DNA of 64,000 nucleotides from Eledone cirrhosa. Lineage: Eukaryota. Position 1 is the first letter of the stretch; each line of letters opens with the position of its first letter. Shown here piece by piece: positions 1 through 13,645 of this stretch. The position numbers and the translations under genes were made by a program. The stretch spans positions 106,206,001 through 106,270,000 of the forward strand of contig OZ024742.1 of the NCBI GenBank assembly GCA_964016885.1, read 5' to 3'. The notes beneath the pieces were generated by a model that did not search any database, was not told where the DNA came from, and saw nothing but the letters and a program-made list of their open reading frames with translations.

Positions 1-293
1 TGGAATGAAACGGAATTTATGTGGGTTTTGAGAAAGTTGAGATAGGTAATTGGATTTACGTCCTTGTTATGAGCAGAAAAGTGGAAAATTACTAAGCAGG
101 GTGGCAGGGTTAGAGAGAATGTTGACACAGCTTTCACATGGAATGGCCGGTACTAATACGTATCTTCAACTCGCCTTAATTCTTCTGGGTTTGTGTTCCA
201 TGCAGGAGGGCCTATAGTTAGCTTTCACTGTTGAACTGGAAATATATTGAACGCCCAGCATTACCTCACATCGCAGAACTTATTATTTAGGCA

Positions 294-510
294 AGGGTGG
301 TGGATTGGTAAAATCGTTTGTACCCCAGATGAAATACTTTGCAGTATTTTGCTATAGCCTTCTACATCCAGGTTTTAAATCCCACCAAAGTCAACTTTGC
401 TTCTCACCCTCCCGGAGTCGATAAAATAAAGTAGCAGTAAAGTAGTGCGGTCGGTATAATCGACTTTCTCCTTCCTCCCAAAATTGTTGACCTTGTGCCT
501 AAATTAAAAT
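294..510 (+). mobile_element. Older major-family SINE (further diverged copies at ~8520, 11417, 18370, 23240, 24645, 27818, 29408, 45780, 49090, 55780, 58240, 58950)
   Basis: Degenerate head/B-box and gtcgataaaataaagta core. Confidence 0.7.
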
Positions 511-1492
511 CTGTTTTGTTGTTGTTGTTGGACAAGATTCGGTGATTTGAATAGATTTCATAACTTCCAGCAATAAGATTATGACTGGTGAGTGCCGTAA
601 AGTACAATACAATCGACCTCCTTAAACATTCTGTCATGCCCCGGCCAGACACTATAAGACACTATCGACATAGATTTGAAAGTTTTCTTTTGTGTTTTGT
701 AACTAAATAAACTTGAGATAGTTATCGCCATGAAGTCATGACAGACACATCGTCTGATACAGACTTCTGGTGTAATAGTTTAGCATTGGATCTAGTGCAA
801 ATATGTAAACCGTCGCTAACTCACGTTTAACTGATTGTTTATCACACACTTTCACACATACACGTAAACACACAGAGACACAGATACATCTGTGGTTGGG
901 GTGTTGCTACACATACATTTATTCTTGACTGTATACCCCAGCCCTAAAGCAACCTGACCTTTGACCCACAAGTGTGCTGTCTCCTCTCTGCCCTTTTTTT
1001 ACTGCTACTAAATAAGTTTCTGATTCTCGGGCTGGCGTATCTCGTACCATATCCATTCAAACACTCCTGACGCATTTGTTTCTTCTCCCCAGGACAGATG
1101 TATTGTGTTCAGTACACGGAACCCTCACAAACCCCTATATTTTGTCGTCACGCCACACAACATCGCTGTCCTGGACTTCTGTCCCTATCCATGGTTTTTA
1201 CTGCCGCAGATTTCATCGATCTCGAGGTTGGGGAGCGGATATGCGAAAGCAAAGAAAATATACCCTAACCAGGAAAAGAAGAAAGAACATTCATACCGAT
1301 AAAACATTTCGAGCAAACGAGAACATTTCCACGTGGGGGTTTATGTTACTATCGACGAATTGACAGCTATTAGAACGTCGGATAGAAGGATTTGCGGTAT
1401 TTGTTCCTGAACTCTGCGCTCAAATCTCGGCGAAGTCAAGCTTCTATATTTTTTTCTCCATTTATCTCTATCACATTCCTTTTCTTTACCTG

Positions 1493-1595
1493 AAAGAAAT
1501 CGGCTGTGTTCAGACATGGAGAGGGGACGGACTTCGCCAGGTTTAGAATTCCGAAGACTCGCTGTATGTCACTACGGTGCCTATACGAATCCATC
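1493..1595 (+). repeat. Dispersed ~100-bp module that follows old SINE + (CT)n (also ~8698, 18780, 56592 +; ~48960-49050 -)
   Basis: Shared aagaaatcggctgtgttcag...tatgtc..tacggc.cc.a sequence. Confidence 0.55.
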
Positions 1596-2179
1596 AGGAA
1601 TTACAGGTTCATACTTCCATTTGTTTTCTTGTAATCACTTGTAATCCCATGTAAGAAAAGATCCTTGGATCATAATGGCCTAAATCCATTACGTAAGGTA
1701 AAGTGCTCTTAATTCATGATGGGATCGTTGGGCACCGTCATGACACTGTGAGTCTTGAGCATTTAAAACCTGGTGGATCCCATCACTTTCCATGTTTAAA
1801 CACAGCCGATAACTGCCAGAGAAAGAAACGACCTCTGTATATGACTGTTATATTTTTTCGACGCCCGAAAGGATGATAGGAAAAGTTGACCACGGTGGAA
1901 TTTTAACTCAGTGTGCCGAAGCATTTTTAATCCGACGCTCAAACGACTTTACCAATTCGCTGCCTTCATGAATACGTTACGACTGGAAATGAAAGAACGG
2001 AACAGTTGTGTTTGGGTCATCTGGAATCTTAGGTATGCAGAGCCACTGTTGATCGAGAGTTAACAACAGCATGGGTTGACTTGAATCATAGATAAGCTGG
2101 TTCAGTGTTGAGCGGGAATAGAACAGCAAAAATAACCAACAATAGATGCTGAAATAATCTCTCTCTCACACACTATCTC

Positions 2180-2260
<81 letters not shown>

Positions 2261-2651
2261 CTCTTTCTCCATATCTCCATTCTCTCTCGATATCTCCACT
2301 CTCTCTCCATATCTCCATTCTCTCTCTACGAAACTCAGTATTTTGTACCTAAATATTCTTATTTTGACAAGGGTAGAAAGCTTCATATTGATACCAGGGA
2401 AGAACAGCGGGGGAAAAGGAGAATATTTATAGAAGGTCATAAGCAAAACGGGAACGAAGTGAATTGGCTCCAACTGGGAAAAGAAATCAACATATAAACA
2501 TAGCTCAGCGGGAGCTTACCTATCAGGTTCAGCGGTGGCTAATACCTGTTTGAAAATAATAATTACTTGAGAGCTGCAGACCCAGTGATCCTATTGTCAA
2601 ACTATTACACCAGATTTAACAGGGGATTGTTATTGTATACACCAAATCTCA

Positions 2652-2754
<103 letters not shown>

Positions 2755-3211
2755 AAAAGGAATAGAATGAAACGAAATTTCATTTCTCACTCTTAGTACG
2801 GCACTTACTTAAATGTAAGTATGTATGTATACGTACATATATATATGTATACAGACGTACAGTAGTATGTATATATATACATGCACACATATATATATAT
2901 GCACGTATCGGTTTACCGAACATTTATTATAATGCTCGTTTGTTTGTTTGTAAACAAACAAACAGCCCGAATTACGCCGTACAGTGTTTAGGCAACCACA
3001 TCACCTTTTTGTTCAACACTGACACATGAACGATGTACTAGTTTCAAGCTTATTAGCTATCGTCAGCATAGTATACCTTCCTGCCAGATGGTTGAACGTC
3101 TGAAAGTATATACTTTCCTTATGCATATTAACGGCTGAGCAACCTAATTTGCATATCGAGTGAGTTCAGTCGGCCGGGCACACCGACAACTGTATATATC
3201 CATATATATAT

Positions 3212-3659
3212 AACTAAACCTGAAAAATGCGCAAGCTCAAAAGAGCCACAGAATGTTATAATAAACCTTCAAAAGTGTGGGACTAGAGTCGTTGCTCAAA
3301 AATATTGTAATCATTATCTATCGTACACTCTGTGGCATCCTTTTATAAAAAAGAGATTCATAACGAACTCAAGACGACACGATAATTATTTAAGCTAATG
3401 TTCAATATCTCATATTAGATGTTTAGTAATGATTAATACGAAATGCACTTAAACCGAATTCTATATTATAAATTCACTTAAATAATTATCGTGTCGTCTT
3501 GAGTTCGTTATGAATCTCTTTTTTATAAAAGGATGCCACAGAGTGTACGATAGATAATGATTACAATATTTTTGAGCAACAACTCTAGTCCCACACTTTT
3601 GAAGGTTTATTATAACATTCTGTGGCTCTTTTGAGCTTGCGCATTTTTCAGGTCTAGTT
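3212..3659. repeat. Long inverted repeat, ~183-bp arms and ~82-bp spacer
   Basis: 3212-3394 is the reverse complement of 3477-3659 with about 3 differences. Confidence 0.92.
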
Positions 3660-4786
3660 TAATATTTTTTTAAGGCAACGCTTGTAATAACTCTAATTAA
3701 ACATGATATATATTAATAATAAATTATCGTTGTAATGTAATTAGATTATATAATTGTTATTTTATAAATGATCTTATAAATATAATTGTAAGATGTATAA
3801 AAATATTTTCAGACTTTTAATATAAACAACTACAAAAAACAATCAATATTAAATAAATATATTTTACATAATAATTGTTATAGTTGAATTAATAAAAATT
3901 AAATATTACATACAAATAGTCTAACATAATAATAAAAAAAATAATCTAACATAATAATAATAAAATAATAATCTAACATAAAACGAACAATAATATGGAC
4001 ATATATACAAGTAAATATGATACAACCATATTATAAGCATGTTATAATGAACTGAAAAAAAATAGTTGAGATAAATTTAAAAAATCATATATAAATTAAC
4101 AATATAACTTACCAAAACGAGAAAAATATTTTGATGATAAAACGACAAAATACAGGAGAGAGATTCGAAAGCGAAACAATAAATAAACGTGCAAACAAAA
4201 CGCTTTTGAGCAACAATTACTCTCGTTGGTTGATTAGCCAATAAGACGATGAAATTAGCCAATAAGACGATACATTACAAAACATGTTTGGAAGGAATCG
4301 CCACGGCCAGCGATACCCCTTGAATCTTTTATTCACAAGCTACGCATATATTGTCAGACAACATGCAGACTTAAAACATTCTGTTGTTAGTCACTGAGTG
4401 TGTAACAGATGAGAATGTGTTCGTGTTATGTTTTCCCAAATGTTTAGGTTCCTTCTCGAGGTCTATGATTTATGGACGTTTTTTTTTCATGCAGTGGGAG
4501 ATTGAACACTGCGTGTTGCCCACTCTCTCATCCTCTCAATATATATATATATCGTAGAATCAAGACGTATCTGAGGGCCTTGCGATTTTCAGAGTCAGGT
4601 TCGATCATCACATCGCTCGTGCCTCGAGCTGGTCGCCAGAGAAACGATTGTAATATGTCCAATAAATTCCATCCACCGCAACACTCATTCTCTTTTTTTT
4701 CTGTGATATCATACTCTGCTCTATGAGAGCATCGAGTGCTCAAACGGCCTACCGCATACGGACGCTTTAAGCATCCCAACACCAAT

Positions 4787-4909
<123 letters not shown>

Positions 4910-5558
4910 ATATATACATATATAAATGTATATATAGTATATATATATATATGTGAGTGTGTGTGTGTGTCTGCATGAGAATGAGTTTATGCCATTGGTA
5001 TTTTATATTAATTACATTTTTATTTCTCTTCACACTCTCTTTTAACATGTGTGGCAAAATAAAAGAAAAAAGAAAGTAAAAAAAAAGAGAATTTCTTTTT
5101 AGATGCTGCTGTCCTTAACCCAAAAGTTCAATCCTGTTTGGTAACCGAGATTATTTTTGCCCCATGATTCTCCTCACGGTCGCCCGCTCCCCGCCCCCAC
5201 GCATTAATAGGATAACTGCGACATATTGTAAAAACATATGTCAGTAAGATGGAGGTCTTAGATTTGTAATATCCAGTTGCCATCTATCATAAGACATCTG
5301 AAGGTTTAGAACTTGGATCTGATTTACCGTCTGAGAGAAACGATCGAACATAATACATATAACCTTCTCAGATCACAGCTGTATTTAATGGCATATTTTT
5401 TCTGACGTAATTTTTGTTTTAATGATTAACACAGTGGCGTCACCGAAGACTATGTCATTGAATTCGCCTTTGCCAATTACCATCCTCATCTTAGGTGAAA
5501 ATGGTATATTACTAGCAGGGAACCCTATGCCAGTCCTGTCAACTTCTTATTATATATA

Positions 5559-5946
5559 GGGCGGTGGGTTGGCAGTATCGGTAGAGAGTCGGACGCCATG
5601 CTTTGTCGGATAGAGTTACGGCCCTTTATGATCCGAGTTCAAATCCCGCCGAGGTTAACTTTGCCTTTCATCCTTACGGGGTCGATAAAATAAAGTACCA
5701 GTAATGCACTGGGTAATTGCTGGCCTTGTGCCAAACGTAGAAACAATTATATATAGGGCGGTGGATTGGCAGTATCGGTAGAGGGTCGGACGCCATGCTT
5801 TGCAGCATAGAGTTACGGCCCTTTATGATCTGATTTCAAATCCCGCCGAGGTTAACTTTGCCTTTCATCCTTACGGGGTCGATAAAATAAAGTACCAGTA
5901 ATACACTGGGGAATTGGTCGCCTTGTGCCAAACGTAGAAACAATTA
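5559..5946 (+). mobile_element. Tandem pair of ~190-bp tRNA-derived SINEs (major family)
   Basis: A-box-like tggcagtatcgg, B-box gttcaaatcc, conserved core gcctttcatccttacggggtcgataaaataaagtaccag (resembles the Meta/MESC-type SINE domain). Confidence 0.85.
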
Positions 5947-5953
5947 TATATAC

Positions 5954-6007
<54 letters not shown>

Positions 6008-6101
6008 GATATGTTCAAATATACTGGGTAGAACATTAATTTGCCCTTTATATATTTCTACCACATTGTACCAGCGCTTTGAAACTTATAAGTCATGTAT
6101 T

Positions 6102-6132
<31 letters not shown>

Positions 6133-6134
6133 CG

Positions 6135-6178
<44 letters not shown>

Positions 6179-6563
6179 AACACACATATATATATATATA
6201 AACATCATGAGTGAATTTTCAATCTTACGAAGCGCTGACGAAATACGTTAATAAGATGTAGAATGCTCAAGCGCAGAAAATAACTGCAATTACAGTAAGT
6301 TGCTACAAACTAGCTAATCAAGATCTGATGAAAACCCTTAGAGACAGGAAAAGCTGCCGGCGTCGCTACGATGATTCGAACTCTATAGCTCTCAGAGATA
6401 CCGGCTGAGTGCTCTCATCATTGAGCTAAGGGATATCTGACATCGTATCGTCTAAATTAAGCAGCTTAATCAAACAACTTTTAAAAATGTAAACAGAAAA
6501 AGTGTGTGAAGCTCGAATTTTCTAACTTAGGACGCGCTTAGGTTAAGAAATGAATTTATATAC

Positions 6564-6683
<120 letters not shown>

Positions 6684-6701
6684 GTGTGTGTGTGTGTAAA
6701 T

Positions 6702-6763
<62 letters not shown>

Positions 6764-7098
6764 AGTGCTTCAACACACAAATACATACTTAGGAAATGCC
6801 GTAGCTATCATAAGTCTACATAACATTTCTCTGATCTCAAACTTCCCATTCTTGGCAGTAATTCTCCCGCTAGGTTGCCCTTCCCGTTCTCTCTCGTTAT
6901 GTAGTCCCTCAACCCCCACCTCTTCTCTCTCTTTTAATCTTTCATTTTTTTGTTTGCTTGTTTGCTTGTTTGCTTGTTTGTTTGTTTTTGTTTATCTTTG
7001 TTTCTGGTCCCTTCTGAATTTTTATACAAGTGGCCTCTTGTTTTTCTTGTGGCTGTTGTTGTCGTTATTGTTGCTGTTAGTATTTTTGTTCACATACC

Positions 7099-7485
7099 GT
7101 GTGGTGGATTGGCAGAGCCTCGAACAAATTCTGAGTTCAAATCCCACCGAGGTCAACTTTGCTTTTCATCCTTTCGGGGTCAATAAAATAAAGAACTTAG
7201 GTCGATATAATAGACTTTCCCCAATCCTAAAATTGCTAGTCTTGTGCCTAAACTAGAAATCATTATTTTTGTTCACTAGGCGGTGGATTGGCAGTAAGGC
7301 GGTGGATTGGCAGTATCGGTAGAGGGTCGGATGCCATGCTTTCCAGCATAGTTATGTCCCTTAACGATCTGAGTTCAAATCCCGCTGATGTTGACTTTAC
7401 CTTTCATCCTTACGGGGTCGATAAAATAAAGTACCAGTAATGCACTGGTGTTTGCTGGCCTTGTGCCAAAAAGTAGAAACAATTA
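7099..7485 (+). mobile_element. Two adjacent major-family SINEs
   Basis: Same head, core and tail as 5559; duplicated head ggcggtggattggcagta. Confidence 0.8.
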
Positions 7486-7824
7486 TTTTTGTTCACTTAA
7501 ATGCTGTTTCATAATGAAACTTACATGTCCGCATGTCTAAATGTCTATATTCACATATACATATGTTGGATCTCCGTCAGTTTCGATAACGAGTGTTCCA
7601 GTTAATTCAATCAACGGAACAGCCTGCTCGTGATATTTCCGTGAAAGTGATTGAGCATTAACATAGCTCTCGAGGATATTAACTTGGTGTAACATAGCTA
7701 GCCCTTTGTATTACAAGCACAACTCATTTTTGCCCGCTGAGTAAATTGGAGCATGAAAGATTAAAATGTTATGCTCAAAGACGCAATGCGCCGCTGGGAA
7801 TCCTATCTACAATTGTAGCATCCT

Positions 7825-8019
7825 CAGACCTGCCAACCTCTAAAAACCTAAACAGGGAGTACCATGAAAGAAAGTGCCCCAAAACGGGGAGAAATGAGGC
7901 CAAATTGGTAGATTTTACATAATAAAAGTAATGTCCATTTTCACAAGAGAAGACATCTCTCGCCCACCCCAAAGTGGGTGGGAGAACTCCCTGTCGGACG
8001 GGGAGAGTTGACAAGTCTG
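7825..8019. mobile_element. MITE with 13-bp TIRs and 6-bp TSD (hAT-like)
   Basis: cagacctgccaac...gttgacaagtctg flanked by catcct on both sides. Confidence 0.75.
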
Positions 8020-9229
8020 CATCCTAACAACTAAGCTCCGCTCATACACACACACACATACTTGCTTTTGCTATTGATTAGCCACAAGACATATCTGTTT
8101 GAGCAGATCTATGTGAAAGGAGTTCCAGTTGGGACCATCCCATCTGTCTTTTGTTTTAACTTTATTCTTATTTTTAAGATATAATTTATTTAGGTTAACT
8201 TTACCGAAAGCGCCCTTTGCTGTTGTGAACCAGTGATGAATGTTGTGAAGTGAAATGGAAAGAGATGGCAGGGTCATATATTGAGTAACGATGAAATGAC
8301 TAAATGTGAGGAGTGATGGAAATGAATGTAGACGGAAGTAAAACACAGTTATAAATGATGGAGGAGGAAATGAAAGCCAGGACTTTGGTGAGAGGGCAGG
8401 CAAATGATAAGGAAAATGGAGAAGCTTGTCATAGGACTCGCAAAGCTAACCCTCGTTTTCAGGGGTGTCCTTTTAACACTTGTAGACACTACCTTTATAT
8501 ATAGTAAATAGAGGACGAATACGTAGAGTTTTTAAAACGTCGGATATATTGCTTTGCTTTATTCGTTCTGGCTCTCTACGTGCTCTAAATTCAAATCCCA
8601 CCGAGGCCAACTTTGCCTTTCATCGAGATCAATAACAAAAACAACAATCTAGTAATGGGGTTGGTTCTTCCTTTATACCCCCCCCCCCTCTCTCTGTAAG
8701 AAATCAGCTGTGTTCAGAGCTAAAGAGGAAATGGGCTGCACCTGGTTTAAAATCGCTGAAACTCGCGTTATGTCATAACGGCACGCCTATGACTCCAGAG
8801 TTTCGGGTCTCTGCATAAATATTTAGTAGCCGCATGTGGGCGGGAGGAATTGTAAAATAATATAAGCACGCAATCAAATAGGACGCCCAGTACATGTAAT
8901 AAGTTATCAACTAAATGTTTTAAATACATCTCATTTACATCATATTTGTGTTGTTTTCTTGTACTGGGTTTCCTTATTTTCAGTTTATATAAGACGAACT
9001 CTATTGTTTTAGAGATGTACTCCTAATAAGGAGGATCCCGGTTGTTCTATTCCTCATTATAACAATTTCATTTGGTGATGTTTTCAACGATCCTTAAAGA
9101 GAAATTACTGTCAGTTTTTTCATTGCAAACTTGACTTCATCCGTGATGTTCTTGTGGCAAATAAAAGAAATTTATATATATATATATACGATATTAAATA
9201 AATGGAAACTATATTTATAAAACCATATT

Positions 9230-9295
9230 TATTTCATTATATATATTTCAGGGATATCATATTAAAAGTATGGTATGCCTTCATCAGACAAAATA
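9230..9295 (-). ncRNA. Minimal type I hammerhead ribozyme (family D, mirror arm)
   Basis: Reverse complement of 9775-9840 inside the left inverted arm. Confidence 0.75.
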
Positions 9296-9450
9296 CAATA
9301 TAAACAGTCTTATAAATAGATAGATAGAACTAAATAAATAAATAAATAAATAAATATATCATTGATACGTCATTCAACTGGTGCCCAACTACCTATTTTC
9401 TTTCTCTCTATCTCTATCTATATCTATCTCTCTCTATTTTTTCTCTCTCT

Positions 9451-9501
<51 letters not shown>

Positions 9502-9774
9502 CTATCTCCCTCTGTCTTTTGTCTCTCTCTATCTATCTCTCTCTGTTTTTTCTTTACATGAATTTCTTCTCTCTATCTATCTCTCTCTATCTATCTCTCT
9601 ATATCTATCTCTCTCTGTTTTTCGTTGCATGCATTTCTTCTTTTTCTTCGCTTTCTTTCTTTCTTTCTTTTTATAACTGTCCCTAACATTTTTCACTACC
9701 AAATCAACTTTTTAAATGGAAGTTGAAGTTGTAAGGTATGTCAAATCTATCTATTTATAAGACTGTTTATATTG

Positions 9775-9840
9775 TATTTTGTCTGATGAAGGCATACCAT
9801 ACTTTTAATATGATATCCCTGAAATATATATAATGAAATA
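9775..9840 (+). ncRNA. Minimal type I hammerhead ribozyme (family D)
   Basis: UAUUUUGU CUGAUGA AGGcAUAcCAUA-loop-UAUGaUAUcCCU GAAA UAUAUA UA AUGAAAUA; stem I pairs with two G-U wobbles. Confidence 0.75.
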
Positions 9841-9966
9841 AATATGGTTTTATAAATATAGTTTCCATTTATTTAATATCGTAAATATACTCCAAATACT
9901 TGTTGAGTGCTTTTATATCAGTTATAAATATTTACTCGTTGTAACCCAACAATTTAAATAAAACTT

Positions 9967-9967
<1 letters not shown>

Positions 9968-10001
<34 letters not shown>

Positions 10002-10181
10002 ATACACACACACGCACACACACACACACACACACCAACACACACATATATATATATATATTTATATAACATGCATACATACATACATACATATATATAT
10101 ATATATACCTATACACACACACGCGCACACACCAACACACACAAACACATATATATATATATATTTATATAACATGCATAC

Positions 10182-10214
<33 letters not shown>

Positions 10215-10336
10215 CCTATACACACACACGCGCACACACACACACACACACCAACACACACACACACATATATATATATATATTTATATAACATGCATAC
10301 ATACATACATACATGCATACATATATATATACCTAT

Positions 10337-10379
<43 letters not shown>

Positions 10380-10459
10380 CCTATACACACACACGCGCAC
10401 ACACACACACACACACCAACACACACATATATATATATATATTTATATAACATGCATAC

Positions 10460-10490
<31 letters not shown>

Positions 10491-10571
10491 CCTATACACA
10501 CACACGCGCACACAGACACACACACACCAACACACACACACACATATATATATATATATTTATATAACATG

Positions 10572-10605
<34 letters not shown>

Positions 10606-10618
10606 TATATATACCTAT

Positions 10619-10663
<45 letters not shown>

Positions 10664-10754
10664 CCTATACACACACACGCGCACACACACACACCAACAC
10701 ACACACACATATATATATATATATTTATATAACATGCATACATACATACATACA

Positions 10755-10790
<36 letters not shown>

Positions 10791-10801
10791 TATATACCTA
10801 T

Positions 10802-10860
<59 letters not shown>
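9968..10860. repeat. Higher-order tandem repeat of compound microsatellites
   Basis: Recurring anchors tatttatataacatgcatac, tacctatacac and caccaacac separated by variable TA/CA/CATA runs. Confidence 0.85.
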
Positions 10861-11050
10861 AGGGGGTGCTGAAAAGATCTTGGTTTTAAGAGTATCGCGA
10901 AACGGGGGAGCTGTTACCTTTACAGGGGAGGTAGGGCTGCTGCAATAAGTGTGTGAATCTGAGAGGGGGATATGTTGAATGAAATTATAATTAACTGAAC
11001 CTCCTGTATATTCTTTTACCCAAAGCCAGGATCTTTTCAGCATATCCTCG
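10859..11050. mobile_element. Tc1/mariner-type MITE
   Basis: TIRs gggggtgctgaaaagatcttgg / ccaggatcttttcagcatatcctcg, followed by TA. Confidence 0.65.
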
Positions 11051-11055
11051 TATAA

Positions 11056-11091
<36 letters not shown>

Positions 11092-11095
11092 GTGC

Positions 11096-11135
<40 letters not shown>

Positions 11136-12571
11136 AACAGTAATAATGGCTCATTTATGTATATACTCAAAAGATATACTAAACTTGTGTAGTTCTATGA
11201 ACTATCGCTGTGCTCTAACTGTCAATCACATCAGTTGCTACTGTTTCAGTACGGTGCTGACCTTAAGCAATCGTAGCTTTGTTTATGAGATCTCGCTTGC
11301 TCAGTTTCTCGTTGATATTTTCAGTCAATATCAATTACAATAAAAACAACATTTAGGCAGATCTATCGCTTGATATTAAACTCTTAAATATTTGTATTAT
11401 TTGAGTGGAACTAAGGGACGGTGAATTAGGCAGAATCGTTAGTGTGTCAGATCAAATGCATTGCAATATTTCATTACGTTGCTCTAAGTTCTGGTTTCAA
11501 ATCCCACAAATGTTAACTTCGACTTTCATCCTTCCAAGATTGATAAACATAACTCTCAGTCAAGTGCTGGAGTCGATATAATCGACTTTCCCCTTTCCCA
11601 AATTGCTAGCCTTGTGCCTGAATCATGAGCCATTATTTATGTCAAACTTTTTTTTTCTACATATTTATATGGGGTGTAGGGTTGGGATTTTGTGTGAAGA
11701 ACACCCAGTTGGCAATTACACTCTTCATGTAAGCTAAGATTTATTTCAAACATGACCGACGTTATCGTCTGCTGGACGCTAATATCTACAACAAACACAC
11801 TTGTATGTATTATTTCCATATCGCTATCTTATAATAAACATTCTCAGCGATAGGATACTCACAAATATACAACTAAAGCAACGAAAACGAGAAGAAAAGT
11901 AAAGTATGTTGATATCATCTTTAGTTCAATTGACATAGTCAAATAACGTCTTAATTTACGAGCCGATAACGGAGTTTATTATGCGGTCGTTCCACCTGCT
12001 AAAAATAGCGGTTAAATCTTTATAAAATCACAATTTACTGTTTTAATAATAGGGGGACATTTATCTAGTATATATACAGTATACCTTTAAAAGTGTGATC
12101 ATAGCATAGACACTTTCAAGCTAACCTGGGTCTAAATAACAACATCTTAGTTCTTTTGTTTTTATTTCTAAGATATCTCATAGGCACCGATTGACAGTCA
12201 TTTGAACGTTGGTCAAAATGCATTGCAACATTTATTCTAGCTCTATGTTCTGAGCTTAAATTCCGCAAGGATTTTAATTCCAGGTTAATGTACAATTGTT
12301 AGAACGTCGAACATGATGCCTTGCGCTGTTTGTACCAGCGTCAACTTGCCCTTGGGTAGCATTAGTGGTAACCACTCTTGCAAAAATTCGACTGATGTCA
12401 TCGGTTTGATGATAACTTTGATATCTCCCCCCATGAGGCTTGAAGTCTCTAAAAACATTAGAATAATCGTAGCTAAACAGAAAAAAAACACAACAATCCG
12501 TCTAATTTTAAATTTGTTTAATAATGTGCCATCATTTTTCATATATTTCTCACTCCTTTTCTTTTCTATAG

Positions 12572-12760
12572 AATGCAAATGTAACCTGCACGCCCGCAAG
12601 TGTCACTTCAACCGGGAGATTTACATCCTGTCTGGCTACAAGAGTGGTGGCATTTGTGTGAAATGTCGCCATCATACCGATGGACGCAAGTGCAACTACT
12701 GCCGACCTCTCTACTACAGAGATCATACCAAGCCAATCAACCACAGAAAAGCTTGCAAAA
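12572..12760 (+). CDS. Netrin (netrin-1/UNC-6 family) internal exon encoding laminin-type EGF repeat 2
   Basis: Translates [63 protein letters not shown], matching the netrin LE2 signature (CNLHAR.C.FN.ELY.LSG.KSGG.C..CRHNT.GR.C.YC...YYRD..KPI.HRKACK). Polypyrimidine tract with AG acceptor at 12570-12571 and GTAAGT donor at 12761; 189 bp, phase 1-1. Confidence 0.93.
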
Positions 12761-13343
12761 GTAAGTCACAAACAGCTTTTGGTCTCAATATTTTCTTCTT
12801 ACCCTGTTTACATTCATTCGTCCAGTCATTGTCTTTCTTTCTTTGTTACTTTCATTGCATCTTTCTTTCCTTCTTTATTTTTTCTTTCCCTCATTTGTTT
12901 ATTACCTTCCTTCGTTCTTTCTTACTTTATACTGTTTCCCCACCGCCTCTCTTATAAGTACTTCCAACAAACGTATATTTAATATGTCAATACACATTAT
13001 AAGACTATTAACTTCATATATTGCAGTTTTATGAACACTATCTTTTGATAGTCGTATATTCTCTGGCTAATATTTTCTGATGCCGTATATGTAAATATAC
13101 AGACATATACACAACACAACATATACATATATAATAGTACTATTTATGAGAGTAAATTTTACTATTTACTAGGTCTCTTTTAGCTCAATGTAATGATAGG
13201 ATCACGCAGAGCTGTTATATAGTCACAGTTTGTTTACAAACCAAAGAATTTAGTTATTAAATGCCTTAAACCTTAAATCATTTATAACTATTTATATGTA
13301 TTTATATATATATATACAAACACATCGCCCCATATACAAATAC

Positions 13344-13388
<45 letters not shown>

Positions 13389-13566
13389 CAAGTTCCGGTT
13401 GACCTACAAAGGATAGGGAAATTTGAAAATATAGTCGCCACAATGCAGATGACTATAACGATAGGGGAAACTATAAATAATAGTTTAATAAATCGGTTAA
13501 AGATGCCTTTTTTTTTACTAGCTATATATATGTATATATCGAGAAGAAAAAGACGTCTTTATCCAC

Positions 13567-13645
<79 letters not shown>

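Larger units (their letters stand above)
9187..9965. repeat. Inverted repeat (139-bp arms, 9187-9325 / 9745-9883) around CT-rich spacer; HHR family D
   Basis: Arms essentially identical; right arm continues to ~9965; both outer ends abut TA tracts. Confidence 0.9.

Noticed and set aside
1076-1363. Possible exon after ttcttctccccag (1092)
   Set aside because: No recognisable domain in any frame and no supported donor site.
4715-4760. ctatga-gagca-tcgag-tgctc-aaac motif in a TA-embedded fragment (~4550-4790)
   Set aside because: Stem II is present but both core boxes lack a G; cannot be called a ribozyme.
6230-6360. CTGACGA and CTGATGA motifs
   Set aside because: No consistent three-stem fold with GAAA and UH.
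10109-10889. YI/HT/CV-rich ORFs here and throughout the window
   Set aside because: Translations of TA/CA/GA microsatellites.
12313-12957. 214-aa ORF as a complete gene
   Set aside because: Only 12572-12760 is netrin-like and bounded by splice sites; the rest is intronic read-through.
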